A DNA stretch of 64,000 bases from Azolla caroliniana. Its lineage: Eukaryota; Plantae; Polypodiophyta. The position numbers were made by a program, and so were the translations under genes. Where the stretch lies: contig JBHGNT010000006.1 in the NCBI GenBank assembly GCA_043228905.1, positions 14,074,001 through 14,138,000 of the forward strand. Reading direction: 5' to 3'. This document shows, piece after piece, positions 26,601 to 37,047 of this stretch (positions are counted from its first letter, which is position 1; every line of letters starts with the position of its first letter). Below the pieces are notes generated by a model, which was not told the DNA's origin, did not search any database, and saw only the letters and a program-made list of their open reading frames with translations.

Positions 26601-29377
26601 GTAGGAAGCCGAGGAGACGGCTTACGCGCAAAGAGAAAGGGAAGAAGAAGGTGTCGGATTCCGGCACGGATAGGAACGACTCAGACCAACGCGAGTCCGA
26701 CTTCGAGGGAAGCGGTGACGGGTCTTCAAGAGCGAAGTCCGCGTCGGCCAAGAAGACCTCGACATTGGCTAATGACCGATTACGCCGATCTACCCGCCAG
26801 AAGAACCCAGTTGTGCGGTTCGAATACAACAAGTACATGGCGCATTATTATGCGTACATGACTCGTGTAGCGGAAGTGCGTGAGCCGGAGAGCTACGCAG
26901 AAGCGGCTAAAGACGCGAACTGGCGCGCCGCGATGGAGGAAGAGATGCATGCATTTGTGGAAAACGAGACCTAGGACCTAGTTGATGCACCAACGGGTGT
27001 GAAGCCAATCGGATGTAGGTGGGTGTACAAAGTCAAGTACAACACCGACGGCTCGGTCAACCAATACAAGGCCCGGTTAGTGGCAAAAGGCTACGTGCAG
27101 AAACATGGCATCGACTACGATGAGACGTTTGCGCCGGTCGCGAAGATGACGATCGTCCGTGTTTTGCTCGCGGTAGCTGCGGCAAAGGGGTGGCACTTAC
27201 ATCAGATGGATGTAAAGAATGCGTTCCTGCAAGGTGAGCTTGAGGAACAGGTGTACATGGTACAGCTCCCCGGATTTCACTCTGGAACGAACACGTCGGC
27301 AGTGTACCGATTGAAGAAGTCCCTTTACGTATTGAAGCAAGCCCCGCGTGCCTGGAACACGAAGATCATGCAGCAACTGCGTCGGATGGGCTTTGCAACG
27401 TCAAAATCGAACTCTTCTCTGTTCATCCGGAAAGGTCGACTCGGTCCGGTCAGTATTTTACTATATGTTGATGACTTGGTCATCACTGGCGCCGACCTAG
27501 GTGAAATCGACCGCGTGAAGCTCCAGCTTGCGGCATGATTCGACATGAAGGATCTGGGGGACCTTCATTACTTCCTCGGGATCGAAGTGATCCATACCCC
27601 CGAAGGCATATTGATCAGCCAACACCATTATGTGCTGAGTATGATCTTCAAATTCAGTATGGCCAACTATAAGTCCGTCTCGACTCCTCTAGATAGAACC
27701 GTCAAGCTTCGCCCCAATTCCGAAAAGGTAAGCGACCCGACGAGGTTCCGACAAATTGTCAAAAACCTTATCTACTTGATAATCACCCGACCCGATCTCA
27801 GTTATCCGGTCGGGGTGATCAATCAGTTCATGGCGCAACCTACCGAAGAGCACCTTTAGTGTGTGCAACGCATACTGCGGTACATAAGTGGCACTAAGGA
27901 CCGGGGACTGCTATATTGAACCGGGGCCTTATAGTTGGTCGACTACACCGATGTTGATTGGGTTGGCAACGTCGCCGATCTTTGATCCACGTCCGAATAC
28001 GCGTTCTCTCTTGGGAGTGCCGCGATCGCGTGTAGTAGCAAGAAGCAACCGACAGTTGCGCTGTCGAGCACCGAAGCCGAGTATAGAGGAGCGGTTGTCG
28101 TGACATGCAAAGCCATATGGTTGAAGCAGCTACTTAAGGACCTGCACGAGGAGGTGTCCGATCCAACAACGAACTACTGCGATAACCTCAGCAGCATCTA
28201 GCTCGCAAAGAACCCCGTTTTCAACGCACGGACCAAGCACGTTGAGGTGCACTACCATTTTGTCCGTCAGCGTGTCCTTTCTAGTGAAGTCAGACTTCAG
28301 TATGTTCCGACAGATCGGCAAACTGCTGACATCTTCACCAAGCCCCTTGGTCTGGACAAGTTGCAGCAATTCTCGGGTGCGCTTGGGCTACGTCACCTCG
28401 ACATGCCGAACTTGAGGGGGAGAACAGTCCCGAAAGACCAAGCAAGGGAGCAAGGGAGCAAGAAGGGAGCGGAAGAGACCACGACGCCGAATCGGATGAT
28501 GAATCCGATTTCGGATCGGCTGAAGAAGCCGAGGGCAGACCCGCGGAAGATTCCGGAAGCAGACATGAGGGGAGCAGCCGAAAGGAAGAGCCGAAGTCAA
28601 CCAAGCATGGGGGAGATGACGTCGTTAAGGGAGAGAAGACCGAAGATGAGTTGGAGACAGCCAACTCGGACGAGAGCGAAAACCGATCGGAGGTAGCCGA
28701 GTCGGTTCGGATGTTTGATTCGAATGCACTGAATGAACCAAGGACCAAGCGGAAAACAAGGCAGCAGGAGAAGTGCCAACACCGCGACAACAAGGGAGCT
28801 GTGAAGGGCCGTGGGAGCAGACAAGCCGACCAGAAGGGTCGAAGCACGCGGAGTCGAACAGGCCGAGGAGCGCGAGCGAGACGTGGAGCCAGGAGGAAAC
28901 GGAGATGTGATCCCGAAGAGCCCGAAGAGCCTCAAGTTGAGCTTGAGGGGGAGTGTTGAGAGACAAGCTCAACATCGGCCGGATCGGCTGAACAAGCCGA
29001 GGACCGGATCGGTTGGGACCGATCATTTAGGCTGGATCGGTACCGGTACACAGACCGATGCGTAGGAAGGCCAGATTGGTGCAGAAACCGGGAGGCCATC
29101 GGAAAGATATTCCGCAAGGAATATATTTGGGAGTTAGTGTAGGGGCTCCGTAATGAGCATTGAAGTACTATCAGTACTTCAGTCAATCCGAAAAGGACTT
29201 GTATAAAAGTGTTCATTGAACACACATAATGTACAGATCGAGTATTATTTTGAATTAAGTTCTTGTGTTTACTCTCTCTGTCTCTCCCGTGCGTACTGTG
29301 CAAACCTAAGGTTTCCATTAAACCGGCGTTTTCTGTTGTTCGGTTTCCTATATTGCTTCCGCACGCCATTCTTTTCA
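23674..29377 (+). mobile_element. Ty1/Copia element G, full length, inserted in F
   Basis: TSD CGGTT at 23669-23673 and 29378-29382. LTRs 23674-24044 and 28954-29377. PBS TGGTATTAGAGC 24045-24056. PPT 28941-28953. All Copia domains present, with stops. Confidence 0.96.
25307..26974 (+). pseudogene. pol: Copia G integrase region (largest intact ORF piece of pol)
   Basis: LWHKRIDH, CEACQLGK, IHSDVWGP, LRSDGGKEY, PEQNGMAERKN. Confidence 0.92.
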
Positions 29378-32033
29378 CGGTTAGCACAGTGGAGATGTAC
29401 GAAGTCATTTGCTGACTTCGGAGAAAGGGTCGAGTCAGATACAAGGTACAAGACTGTGGACCAGAAGGTGAGGCCAATCGCGGCTCCCTTGCCGGAGGAC
29501 AGCAAGGAGCAGGTGAAAAGGGTCGTGTCCGACCCAAGTTTGCGGAATCCGGTCGGCATAGGACACTGGTTCACCGACATAATGCTATGGGAGCTCAAGG
29601 TTGGTGGGGGTGGCTTTCTACTACCGGCGGAGGAGGACCGATTTCGGAGGATGCTCGAGAAGCACGGGAAGGCCTTCACGTTCTCACCGGAGGAGATCAG
29701 GTGCGTAGACCCGACGATTGTAGAACCGGACGCACCGGTTGCGGCCAAAGAAGATCGACATGCAGCGAGGGAGAAGAACAAAGGCCGGTTCGACCGGACG
29801 CACCGGCTGCGGCCAAAGAAGATCGAGGAAGGCGACTAGGTGTTGGTGTACGACAACAACCTCGACAACCGGCACAAGGCTACATGCAAATTCGCGAGGA
29901 GGTGGTTCAGGCCCTACGCCGTAATGAGCGCGAATGACAACGGGACGTACCATCTTGCGGAGCTTGACGGGGCGCGATTAACAGTGCCGGTAGCCGGGAA
30001 GCAGATCAAGGCATTCAAGAAGCGGCGTGAGGACGGGCCAGACTTGGGAAGCGTGATCGACGACGACGACCGGTTCAGAGCAGATGAGGATTCGGGAAGT
30101 GACAGATGATTATGAGCCAGTCTTCTCTGGCGATTGTTAGTGTTTGGCGCATACCGGTGGATGCGCGATTAGGTGGGGGTGGATGTCGTGAAGAAAACTG
30201 GCCCTAAGAGGAATCAAGGAATTGAAGGTGTGAACCCGCCCTTTCACGAGTGTGCGTGAATTGATACATTGTACATAACTAGGGATAGGACGGCTGATGT
30301 AAATATGTTAGGTACGACATATTTATTAGCTAGGAAATCAATGCGTATCTCTGTCCGAAAGGACAGAGAATAAAGTTGAGATGTTTTGATGTAACGGCCT
30401 CCTCGGCGACCTATAAAAAAAGAAAGGGAGAAGAAGAGGGGGGATCACGTTTTGGCGAGGACGAGGTGTTGTCGGACTGGGTATCGAGCTCTCTCCTCCT
30501 CTATCGTTGCTCTCCACTTTGTTTCTGTGTCGATTGCCTCTGTTGCGCATAAGCCCGCGTGCTTCCAGCGAAGGCTCCATCGTGTGTTCTCTGTGTCGTG
30601 TGTGTGTGCGTGGGTTCTCTGTGTCGGGTCCGTTGCCGGCTTGCCGGTTGTAATCTTGCATACAGTGTAATCTTGCTAGTTATTGAATTCAAGCTTTTGT
30701 TTTCTCTCTCGTGTTCTCGTGAGTTCCCTCTACCTTGACCGGTGAGCGGGTATCAGGTTCGGAGACTATGAGCGTTCAGGTCTTATTCAGCCAATAACAC
30801 TGTCGGAAACGAGCAGGCCTTGCCGGCAATACGCTCGCGTATCTCTACTCGAGCTCTAGGTCATCTATCGCCACGACTCCTAGCAGGAGCCGAGGGGTGG
30901 TCATCTTGACTACTGGTGAGAATATCTCGTCGTAGTCAACCCCATGCTCCTATTTGAACCCCCTCGCTACGCGCCGAGCTTTGTATTTGGGCTTTTTTTA
31001 GTCGGATACATATTTGTATCTCAAACCCATTTGCATGGCAACGGTTTTCTTCCAACTGGTAGCTCGACCAACTCCCATGTATTGTTCTAATGGATCGAAT
31101 CCATCTCGAATCTCATGGCTTGCAACCATGTATCGACATCCGGTGTGATTATAGCTTCTTCATATGTGCTTGATTCGCCTGCATTGGTGTAGTTGACATA
31201 ATCGAGGCCTGGTTGATACAACTCTATTGACCTTCGAACTCGTCCGGATCTCCTGGGTGCCGAAGTGATCTGTTCCTGTCCTTCGATCGGCTCTGTCGAT
31301 CGATCAACACTTGTTGAGCAACTTATATCAAGAGTCCATTTGGATGACTCGCCCTTGTGATAGGATTTCGGTGATGTCTCATCACCCTCCCCTTCTTCGG
31401 GATTGATTGACTTAGTGGTAGGAGATTTAGCCGACTCGGGTCTATTTTTCTCTTTGGCCTTGGGTGTTTCGGTCGGGTCAACTCTGTCGATTCCAACTCG
31501 CACATTGTCGACTCCTCTCAATTCGGCTTTGTCTTTGATGGCTTTGTCTTCGAGTTAGACTAGTTGTCGAATCTTCGATTCGGCCCGGTGGGATAGTCCT
31601 TCTACGACATCTCTATCAATTTCGAAGGATACCTTTTTACCAACTATTTTCTGTTGGTTCCTCTCAAAGAGAATAGAGTCTTCATTGAAGACTACGTCAC
31701 TGCTCCGGATCAATTTCCGATTCTCTAGGTCCCATATCCTACAGTCTGTCGTGACTCTTGAGTAGGAAGCAGAGAGAGAGCGATGGCGATAGAGATAACG
31801 ATAACGATAGAGATGGCGAGAGCGGTAGAGATAGCGATAGTGATAGCAAAAGAGAGTGAAAAAGGGAGAGAGTGCGAGAGAGAGAAAAGTATAAGTGAGA
31901 GATAAGAAATGGGAATGAGATTATATTATGAGAAAGAAGATTACAAGGAGTAGGCTAAGGGCTAAAGACTGGTGTTGAACCGAATGAGTTGTGATGAGTG
32001 TATGGACTCTTATTTATAGGCCCTTATGGAGTA

Positions 32034-32138
32034 TTCTAGAATGTTCTAGAATATTTTAGATATTTATGAATAATAATAATAATAAATATAATCATGAAAT
32101 ATTCAAGAACATTCTAGAATAATCTAGAATGTTCTAAA
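32034..32138. promoter_or_regulatory. Heat-shock-element clusters in U3 of chromovirus LTRs (also ~37210-37420, 51253-51317, ~56557-56621)
   Basis: TTCtaGAAtgTTCtaGAA is four alternating nGAAn units; GAAcaTTCtaGAAtaaTCtaGAAtgTTC is six near-perfect units; just upstream of the minus-strand TATAAATA. Confidence 0.75.
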
Positions 32139-32184
32139 TATCTCGTAATAACTAAACATATAATTATTATGATTACATCTCACA

Positions 32185-32253
32185 TATGTTATTACAATGG
32201 TTAAAGTACAATATGTAAACCAAGAGGTTATGGGTTCGATTCCTGGTTCGCCA
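32185..32253 (+). promoter_or_regulatory. tRNA-like module (A-box/B-box) in chromovirus LTR; also at ~37469-37537, ~51374-51443, ~56676-56746
   Basis: CAATGGTTAAAG ... GAGGT ... GGTTCGATTCC ... CGCCA with tRNA-like spacing; element I has TAATGGTTGAGG ... AAGGT ... GGTTCAAGTCC ... CGCCA. Confidence 0.65.
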
Positions 32254-32287
32254 AGATGAATGTCATGATAAGCCAAGATGTATGTCT

Positions 32288-35200
32288 TCATGACATTATC
32301 CCCCCTTTTCGATGACGAGTTGCACGAGTCGGAAGAAAAGAGTTCAGACTTGGTTTATGAGGATATTGGTTGTGAAATGCAACAACCATGTCGGAGGCAT
32401 TGGCAAGATGTTCGGCAGGCTCCCATGTTCGATCATTAGGTGTATAGCCTAACCAATCAACCAAGTAGTATAGTTTGTTGCGAATGATCTTGGAGTCGAG
32501 GATAGCGGCAACCTCATATTCAGAGCCATTGGAAACGTCAATTGGAGGTGGGGGAGGTGTAACACGACCCGGAATAGAGCTCGTTGTGTAGGGCTCCAAA
32601 AGTGAAACATGGAAGACCGGGTGAAGACGCATATGAGGAGGAAGATCAAGACGAAATGTCACATCATTGATCTTACCACTTATGACATATGGGCCAAAAC
32701 GTTGATAATCCAATTTGTAGCAAGGTCGGGACGTTTTAATGCTACCTTGTAAGAGCCATACACGATCGCCTACTTGAAATGTAGTCGATGAATCACGCCG
32801 ATGACGGTCAGCAATCTTCTTTTGAGTGTTTTGGGCTTCACATAAATGATGCAAAAGCATATCCTGAACTTCTTGGAGTCGAGTGAGCCGATCTTCAGCA
32901 GCTGGGTTTTTTGGGAGTTCAGGATGTTCAAGCATCGTCCAACGAGGATGGTACCCAATGTTTGCAAAAAATGGGGAATATCCAGTAGAAGAATGCTCGG
33001 AGTTGTTATAAGCAAATTCTGCCAAAGGTAGTAAATCCACCCAATCATCTTGTTGATAGTTGACAAAACAACGTAGATATTGCTCGACTGTTTGGTTGGT
33101 GCGCTCACTCTGCCCATTAGTCTCTGGATGGTAGCCGGAAGAGAGTTTACAAGAAGTATGTAAGAGTTTGAACATGTGCCGCCAAAATTTCGAGATGAAT
33201 TGGGGACCCCGATCACTGATAATATCATCCGGAAGACCATGATGGCGAAACACCTCCCGCATGAGTAAATCAGCTGTCTCTTGACTAGTAATGGTCTTTG
33301 TGCATGGAAGGAAATGTGCCATCTTCGTAAAACGATCGACAACCGTGAGAATCGAATCAAATCCCTTGGAAGGTGGAAGATCCGTAATAAAGTCCAAGGA
33401 AATAGATTTCCATGGGCTCTCCGGAATAGGCATTGGCTGTAATAAGCCATATGGATGATGTCGAGGCTTTTTTGATCGGCAACATGTATCACAGCTACGA
33501 ACATAATCCGTAACAAAATGGCGAAGCCGTGGCCACCAATATCGGCGAGAAATCAACTCAAAAGTCTTGTGGATGCCGAAGTGTCCCGCCATTGGTGTGT
33601 CATGACATTGTTGCATGACTTTGAGTCGAGAAGGACCGTCAGGCACATACAAGAGAGTTTGTCGAAAAAGTAACCCATCATGCCAACTAAACTGGGTGTA
33701 GTCTAGACGAGGATTTTGAGTTTGGGAGCTAGATGCACGATTTGGGATAATATGGCTCAAAACCTCTTGGGCGAACGCATCAGTCGCAATCTGCTCACGA
33801 ATGGAATCAAGAAGCCTTGAATCTCCCGGTGTGTTGATGGTATGCATTGCCATTATTCGTAGACGATCAGGACCTAAGAGGATTTGCTTTTGGCTTTCAA
33901 ATGCGGCCTCTCCAGGTTGAAGTTCCATATACGAACGTCTAGATAAAGCATCTGCTTTTCCTTGTTGCATCCCAGGGCGATATAGAATTACAAAATCGAA
34001 ACGAGTTAAGAACTGCGCCCAACGAGCTTGTCGTCGATTCAAGACTCGAGCACTTTGAAAGTATGTTAGATTTTTATGATCATTGTAGACAATAATCTGC
34101 TGAGAAGAACCCTCCAGAAAATGACGCCATTGTTGAAAAGAATCCACAATGGCAAGAAGCTCTTTGTCGTGAATCTCATAGTTGATTTCTGCGGCTTCAA
34201 ATTTTCGTGAGTGAAAAGCCACCGGGTGCAGTTCACCATCATCACCAATTTGGGATAGTACACTTCCGAGTGCGAAATCCGATGCATCAGCTTCAAGTAT
34301 AAAGCGCCTCATTGGATCGACATGGATTAAGATTGGTGCGGATGTAAATGCTTGCTTTAAACCCTCAAATGCAGAGTTCGCATCTATACTCCATACAAAT
34401 GGTCGATTCTTGTGCGTCAGTTGAGTGAGGGGCAACACAATTTTTGAATAATCTTTGATGAACTTGCGATAAAAGTTTGCGAACCCCAAAAAACATTGCA
34501 CATCTCGCACGGACTGTGGTGTTTGCCAATCCAAAATTGTTTGAACCTTTGATGGATCCATAGAGATGCCATTTGAAGAGACTATGTACCCCAAAAACTC
34601 CACTTGACATTGGTCGAAACTACACTTCTCCAATTTTGCATAGAGACCATACTCTCGTAGCCGTTGCAAAACTTGGCGAACATGTATATCATGTTCTTCT
34701 TGAGTTTTTGAGTAGATCAAGATATCATCCAGGTAAACAATGATGAAGATATCGAGGAAGTCTCGAAAAATATCATTCGCCATATGTTGGAAGACTGCTG
34801 GTGCATTCGTGAGGCCAAAAGGCATCACTGTGTACTCAAAATGACCATAGCGAGTGCGGAACGCCGTCTTCCATTCATCCCCAGGACGAATTCGAACAAG
34901 GTTGTAGGCACCTCGAAGATCTAACTTCGTGAAATACTTTGCTTCACTGAGGCGTTCTAGAAGGCTTGAGATCAATGGGAGAGCATATCGGTTTCTAACG
35001 GTCACTTTATTCAAGCCTCGATAATCCACGACCATACGAAGCGTACCATCTTTCTTCTTAACGAAAAAGATGGGTGCACCAGCAGGAGATTTTGAATGTT
35101 GGATAAAACCATTTGCCAAGTTCTCATTGATATATTCTCGAAGAACCTCTAACTCCGTGGGCGAAAGATTATAAATTGGTCCCCATGGAGGCTCTTTTCC

Positions 35201-35932
35201 TGGCTGCAAATCAATTGGGCAATCATATGGTCGATGCTCTGGTAGTCTATTAGCCTTCACCTTATCGAACACATCGGAGAATTCTATGTACTTCTTTGGT
35301 AGTTGGACCCCCAATTCTTGTGAGCTAGATGAGGGAGTTGCTAAAACCGCAAATACCATCATGTCTTCCTTTCTTCCATCCTCTCGTAATTGATGTATAG
35401 AGATTGTTGAAATTGTGGGGGATCCTAGATCCTTAGTTGGAGCTTCAAGAGACTTGGATTGTACGGTGACCTCTTCAATAGTTCTTTTTCTCCAATCAAT
35501 GGTTGGGTTATGTAACTCAAACCAAGGAAGACCAAGAACTAGAGAGTGCTCCGGACTACTAATGATGTTAAATGAGATGACACTAGCCAAATTACCTAGG
35601 ACTACACGAATTGGTTCAGACTCTTCGACTATATCTCCTGATGCTATAGGGCGACCATCGATGACTCCTACAGCTACTGGGTTTGGGAGTTTTTTCAAGA
35701 TGATGTTTTGAGTCAATGCAAACTCGCGATCCATGAAACAAGAATTGGCTCCGGAATCTAGGAGGGCAGAGGCTAGGGCGCGATGACCTGTAGATGTGCT
35801 AAGCTCGACTTGTGTAGAAAAAACTCTACTAACTTGATTTGATGAAATGGAACCACAACTAGGTACTGACTCTACATAACTAGGATGGTCCAACCAAATG
35901 GCTCCTATTTTGGCCGGACTTATTCGTTTAAC
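32288..35932 (-). CDS. pol: Chromovirus H Pol (PR-RT-RH-INT-chromodomain), probably expressed by -1 frameshift from gag
   Basis: Uninterrupted ~1200-aa frame: LLDSGA, YLDD, EADASDFA, ISLDFITDLP, SDRGPQF, HPVFHVSLL, EYEVAAILDSK...YLVDWLGY...TWEP. Confidence 0.95.
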   Translation of the reverse strand, partial: VKRISPAKIGAIWLDHPSYVESVPSCGSISSNQVSRVFSTQVELSTSTGHRALASALLDSGANSCFMDREFALTQNIILKKLPNPVAVGVIDGRPIASGDIVEESEPIRVVLGNLASVISFNIISSPEHSLVLGLPWFELHNPTIDWRKRTIEEVTVQSKSLEAPTKDLGSPTISTISIHQLREDGRKEDMMVFAVLATPSSSSQELGVQLPKKYIEFSDVFDKVKANRLPEHRPYDCPIDLQPGKEPPWGPIYNLSPTELEVLREYINENLANGFIQHSKSPAGAPIFFVKKKDGTLRMVVDYRGLNKVTVRNRYALPLISSLLERLSEAKYFTKLDLRGAYNLVRIRPGDEWKTAFRTRYGHFEYTVMPFGLTNAPAVFQHMANDIFRDFLDIFIIVYLDDILIYSKTQEEHDIHVRQVLQRLREYGLYAKLEKCSFDQCQVEFLGYIVSSNGISMDPSKVQTILDWQTPQSVRDVQCFLGFANFYRKFIKDYSKIVLPLTQLTHKNRPFVWSIDANSAFEGLKQAFTSAPILIHVDPMRRFILEADASDFALGSVLSQIGDDGELHPVAFHSRKFEAAEINYEIHDKELLAIVDSFQQWRHFLEGSSQQIIVYNDHKNLTYFQSARVLNRRQARWAQFLTRFDFVILYRPGMQQGKADALSRRSYMELQPGEAAFESQKQILLGPDRLRIMAMHTINTPGDSRLLDSIREQIATDAFAQEVLSHIIPNRASSSQTQNPRLDYTQFSWHDGLLFRQTLLYVPDGPSRLKVMQQCHDTPMAGHFGIHKTFELISRRYWWPRLRHFVTDYVRSCDTCCRSKKPRHHPYGLLQPMPIPESPWKSISLDFITDLPPSKGFDSILTVVDRFTKMAHFLPCTKTITSQETADLLMREVFRHHGLPDDIISDRGPQFISKFWRHMFKLLHTSCKLSSGYHPETNGQSERTNQTVEQYLRCFVNYQQDDWVDLLPLAEFAYNNSEHSSTGYSPFFANIGYHPRWTMLEHPELPKNPAAEDRLTRLQEVQDMLLHHLCEAQNTQKKIADRHRRDSSTTFQVGDRVWLLQGSIKTSRPCYKLDYQRFGPYVISGKINDVTFRLDLPPHMRLHPVFHVSLLEPYTTSSIPGRVTPPPPPIDVSNGSEYEVAAILDSKIIRNKLYYLVDWLGYTPNDRTWEPAEHLANASDMVVAFHNQYPHKPSLNSFLPTRATRHRKGGIMS

Positions 35933-37047
35933 ACATCCTCTAATTGGCTCAAGACATCAAATCTATTCTCATGGCATGGGCTATTAGGCTTAGTACTTAA
36001 GTTATTAGAAGTGATAGTAGAACTTGATGTAGGGTTGTCATGTGCACTTACTTGGTAAACTTGACGCCTGGGTTTATGTGGACAATTCACAGCTATATGT
36101 CCTGGACCACCACAGTAGAGGCATAGGCGATGCGCCCGACGTCGTTGTTTCTCAGCATCTGATAAGGGCCCTCGACGTTGTGTCGACTCTATTTCCATCG
36201 GAGTGGGACCATCCCTCGTAACGGGTCTAGAACCTTGTGGCGGTGTGGCGACTATAGAAGCGTATGTCTGTTCCGGTTGGCGGCGTAACATTTGTTGACG
36301 TTCAGAACGTCGCTCAAATAGGCGATTATCACATCGCACAGCTCGGCTAATAGCTTCAGTAAGAGACTTTGGATCTTCATGGAAAGTAAGAAGAAGATCT
36401 TTGACATCGTTACGCAAACCCTGACGGAATTGATCCATTAAGGCTGCCTCATCCCAAGGGATGTCGCATGCCAAGAGACGGAAATCTGCGGCATAAGCTG
36501 AAGCGGGACGATCTCCTTGTCGGAGTCTTCGAATCTTGTTTATTGCAGTCCTAGTGCTATCCGTATCTCCAAAACTAGCTTGAAACTCCTTAACGAATGC
36601 CTCGAAATCCTCCAGTAATGGTGATTTCTTCTCAAGAAGTGGTGCAAACCATGCTAACGCTGTACCGCTTAGCAAGGTTCCTATTAATCCCACATGGGCA
36701 GCATCAGTTGGATACCGATTGGGATGTAACTGAATCACCAAACGAACTTGATTCAGGAAACCTCGAAAGAGAGATCTGGTACCATCAAACTTGGCAGGGA
36801 GGCTAATCTTTGGTTCCCTTGGGGAGTTTTGAACCCCCGCCGCTTGTTCTCGTAATGTTAATATAGTAGCCTCAAGTTGATGAACCCGTTGTGATAACTC
36901 CTCATATTGATGAGCTTTCTCAGTACTGACTTGTTGAAGATCCCCGAGTAGCCTTTGATTTTCTTGCTCTAATGCCACAAACTTAGTGGTGAGCATATCG
37001 AGCTCCGAAAGGACACGCATATACTCTTGCTTGCTGACCGACTCCAT
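35920..37047 (-). CDS. gag: Chromovirus H Gag (N-terminal coiled coil, capsid domain, CCHC knuckle; PEG10/Sushi-like architecture)
   Basis: PAKFDG, LSGTALAWF, LRQG...YAADF, PTPMEI, CLYCGGPGHIAVNC; 375 aa intact. Confidence 0.94.
   Translation of the reverse strand: MESVSKQEYMRVLSELDMLTTKFVALEQENQRLLGDLQQVSTEKAHQYEELSQRVHQLEATILTLREQAAGVQNSPREPKISLPAKFDGTRSLFRGFLNQVRLVIQLHPNRYPTDAAHVGLIGTLLSGTALAWFAPLLEKKSPLLEDFEAFVKEFQASFGDTDSTRTAINKIRRLRQGDRPASAYAADFRLLACDIPWDEAALMDQFRQGLRNDVKDLLLTFHEDPKSLTEAISRAVRCDNRLFERRSERQQMLRRQPEQTYASIVATPPQGSRPVTRDGPTPMEIESTQRRGPLSDAEKQRRRAHRLCLYCGGPGHIAVNCPHKPRRQVYQVSAHDNPTSSSTITSNNLSTKPNSPCHENRFDVLSQLEDVLNE

Larger units (their letters stand above)
20494..30846 (+). 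mobile_element. Ty3/Gypsy non-chromovirus element F, non-autonomous (RT-RH-integrase core missing), tRNA-Trp primed
   Basis: LTRs 20494-21240 (TGTCGTG...CACGACA) and 30184-30846 (3' truncated). Gag 21282-22928, protease (INHGSEINLM) 22929-23386, integrase C-terminus ~29760-30109, purine-rich tract before 30184. Confidence 0.9.

Noticed and set aside
32185-32253. Functional tRNA gene in the chromovirus LTR
   Set aside because: Acceptor and anticodon stems do not pair and there is no oligo-T terminator; kept only as a tRNA-like promoter module.
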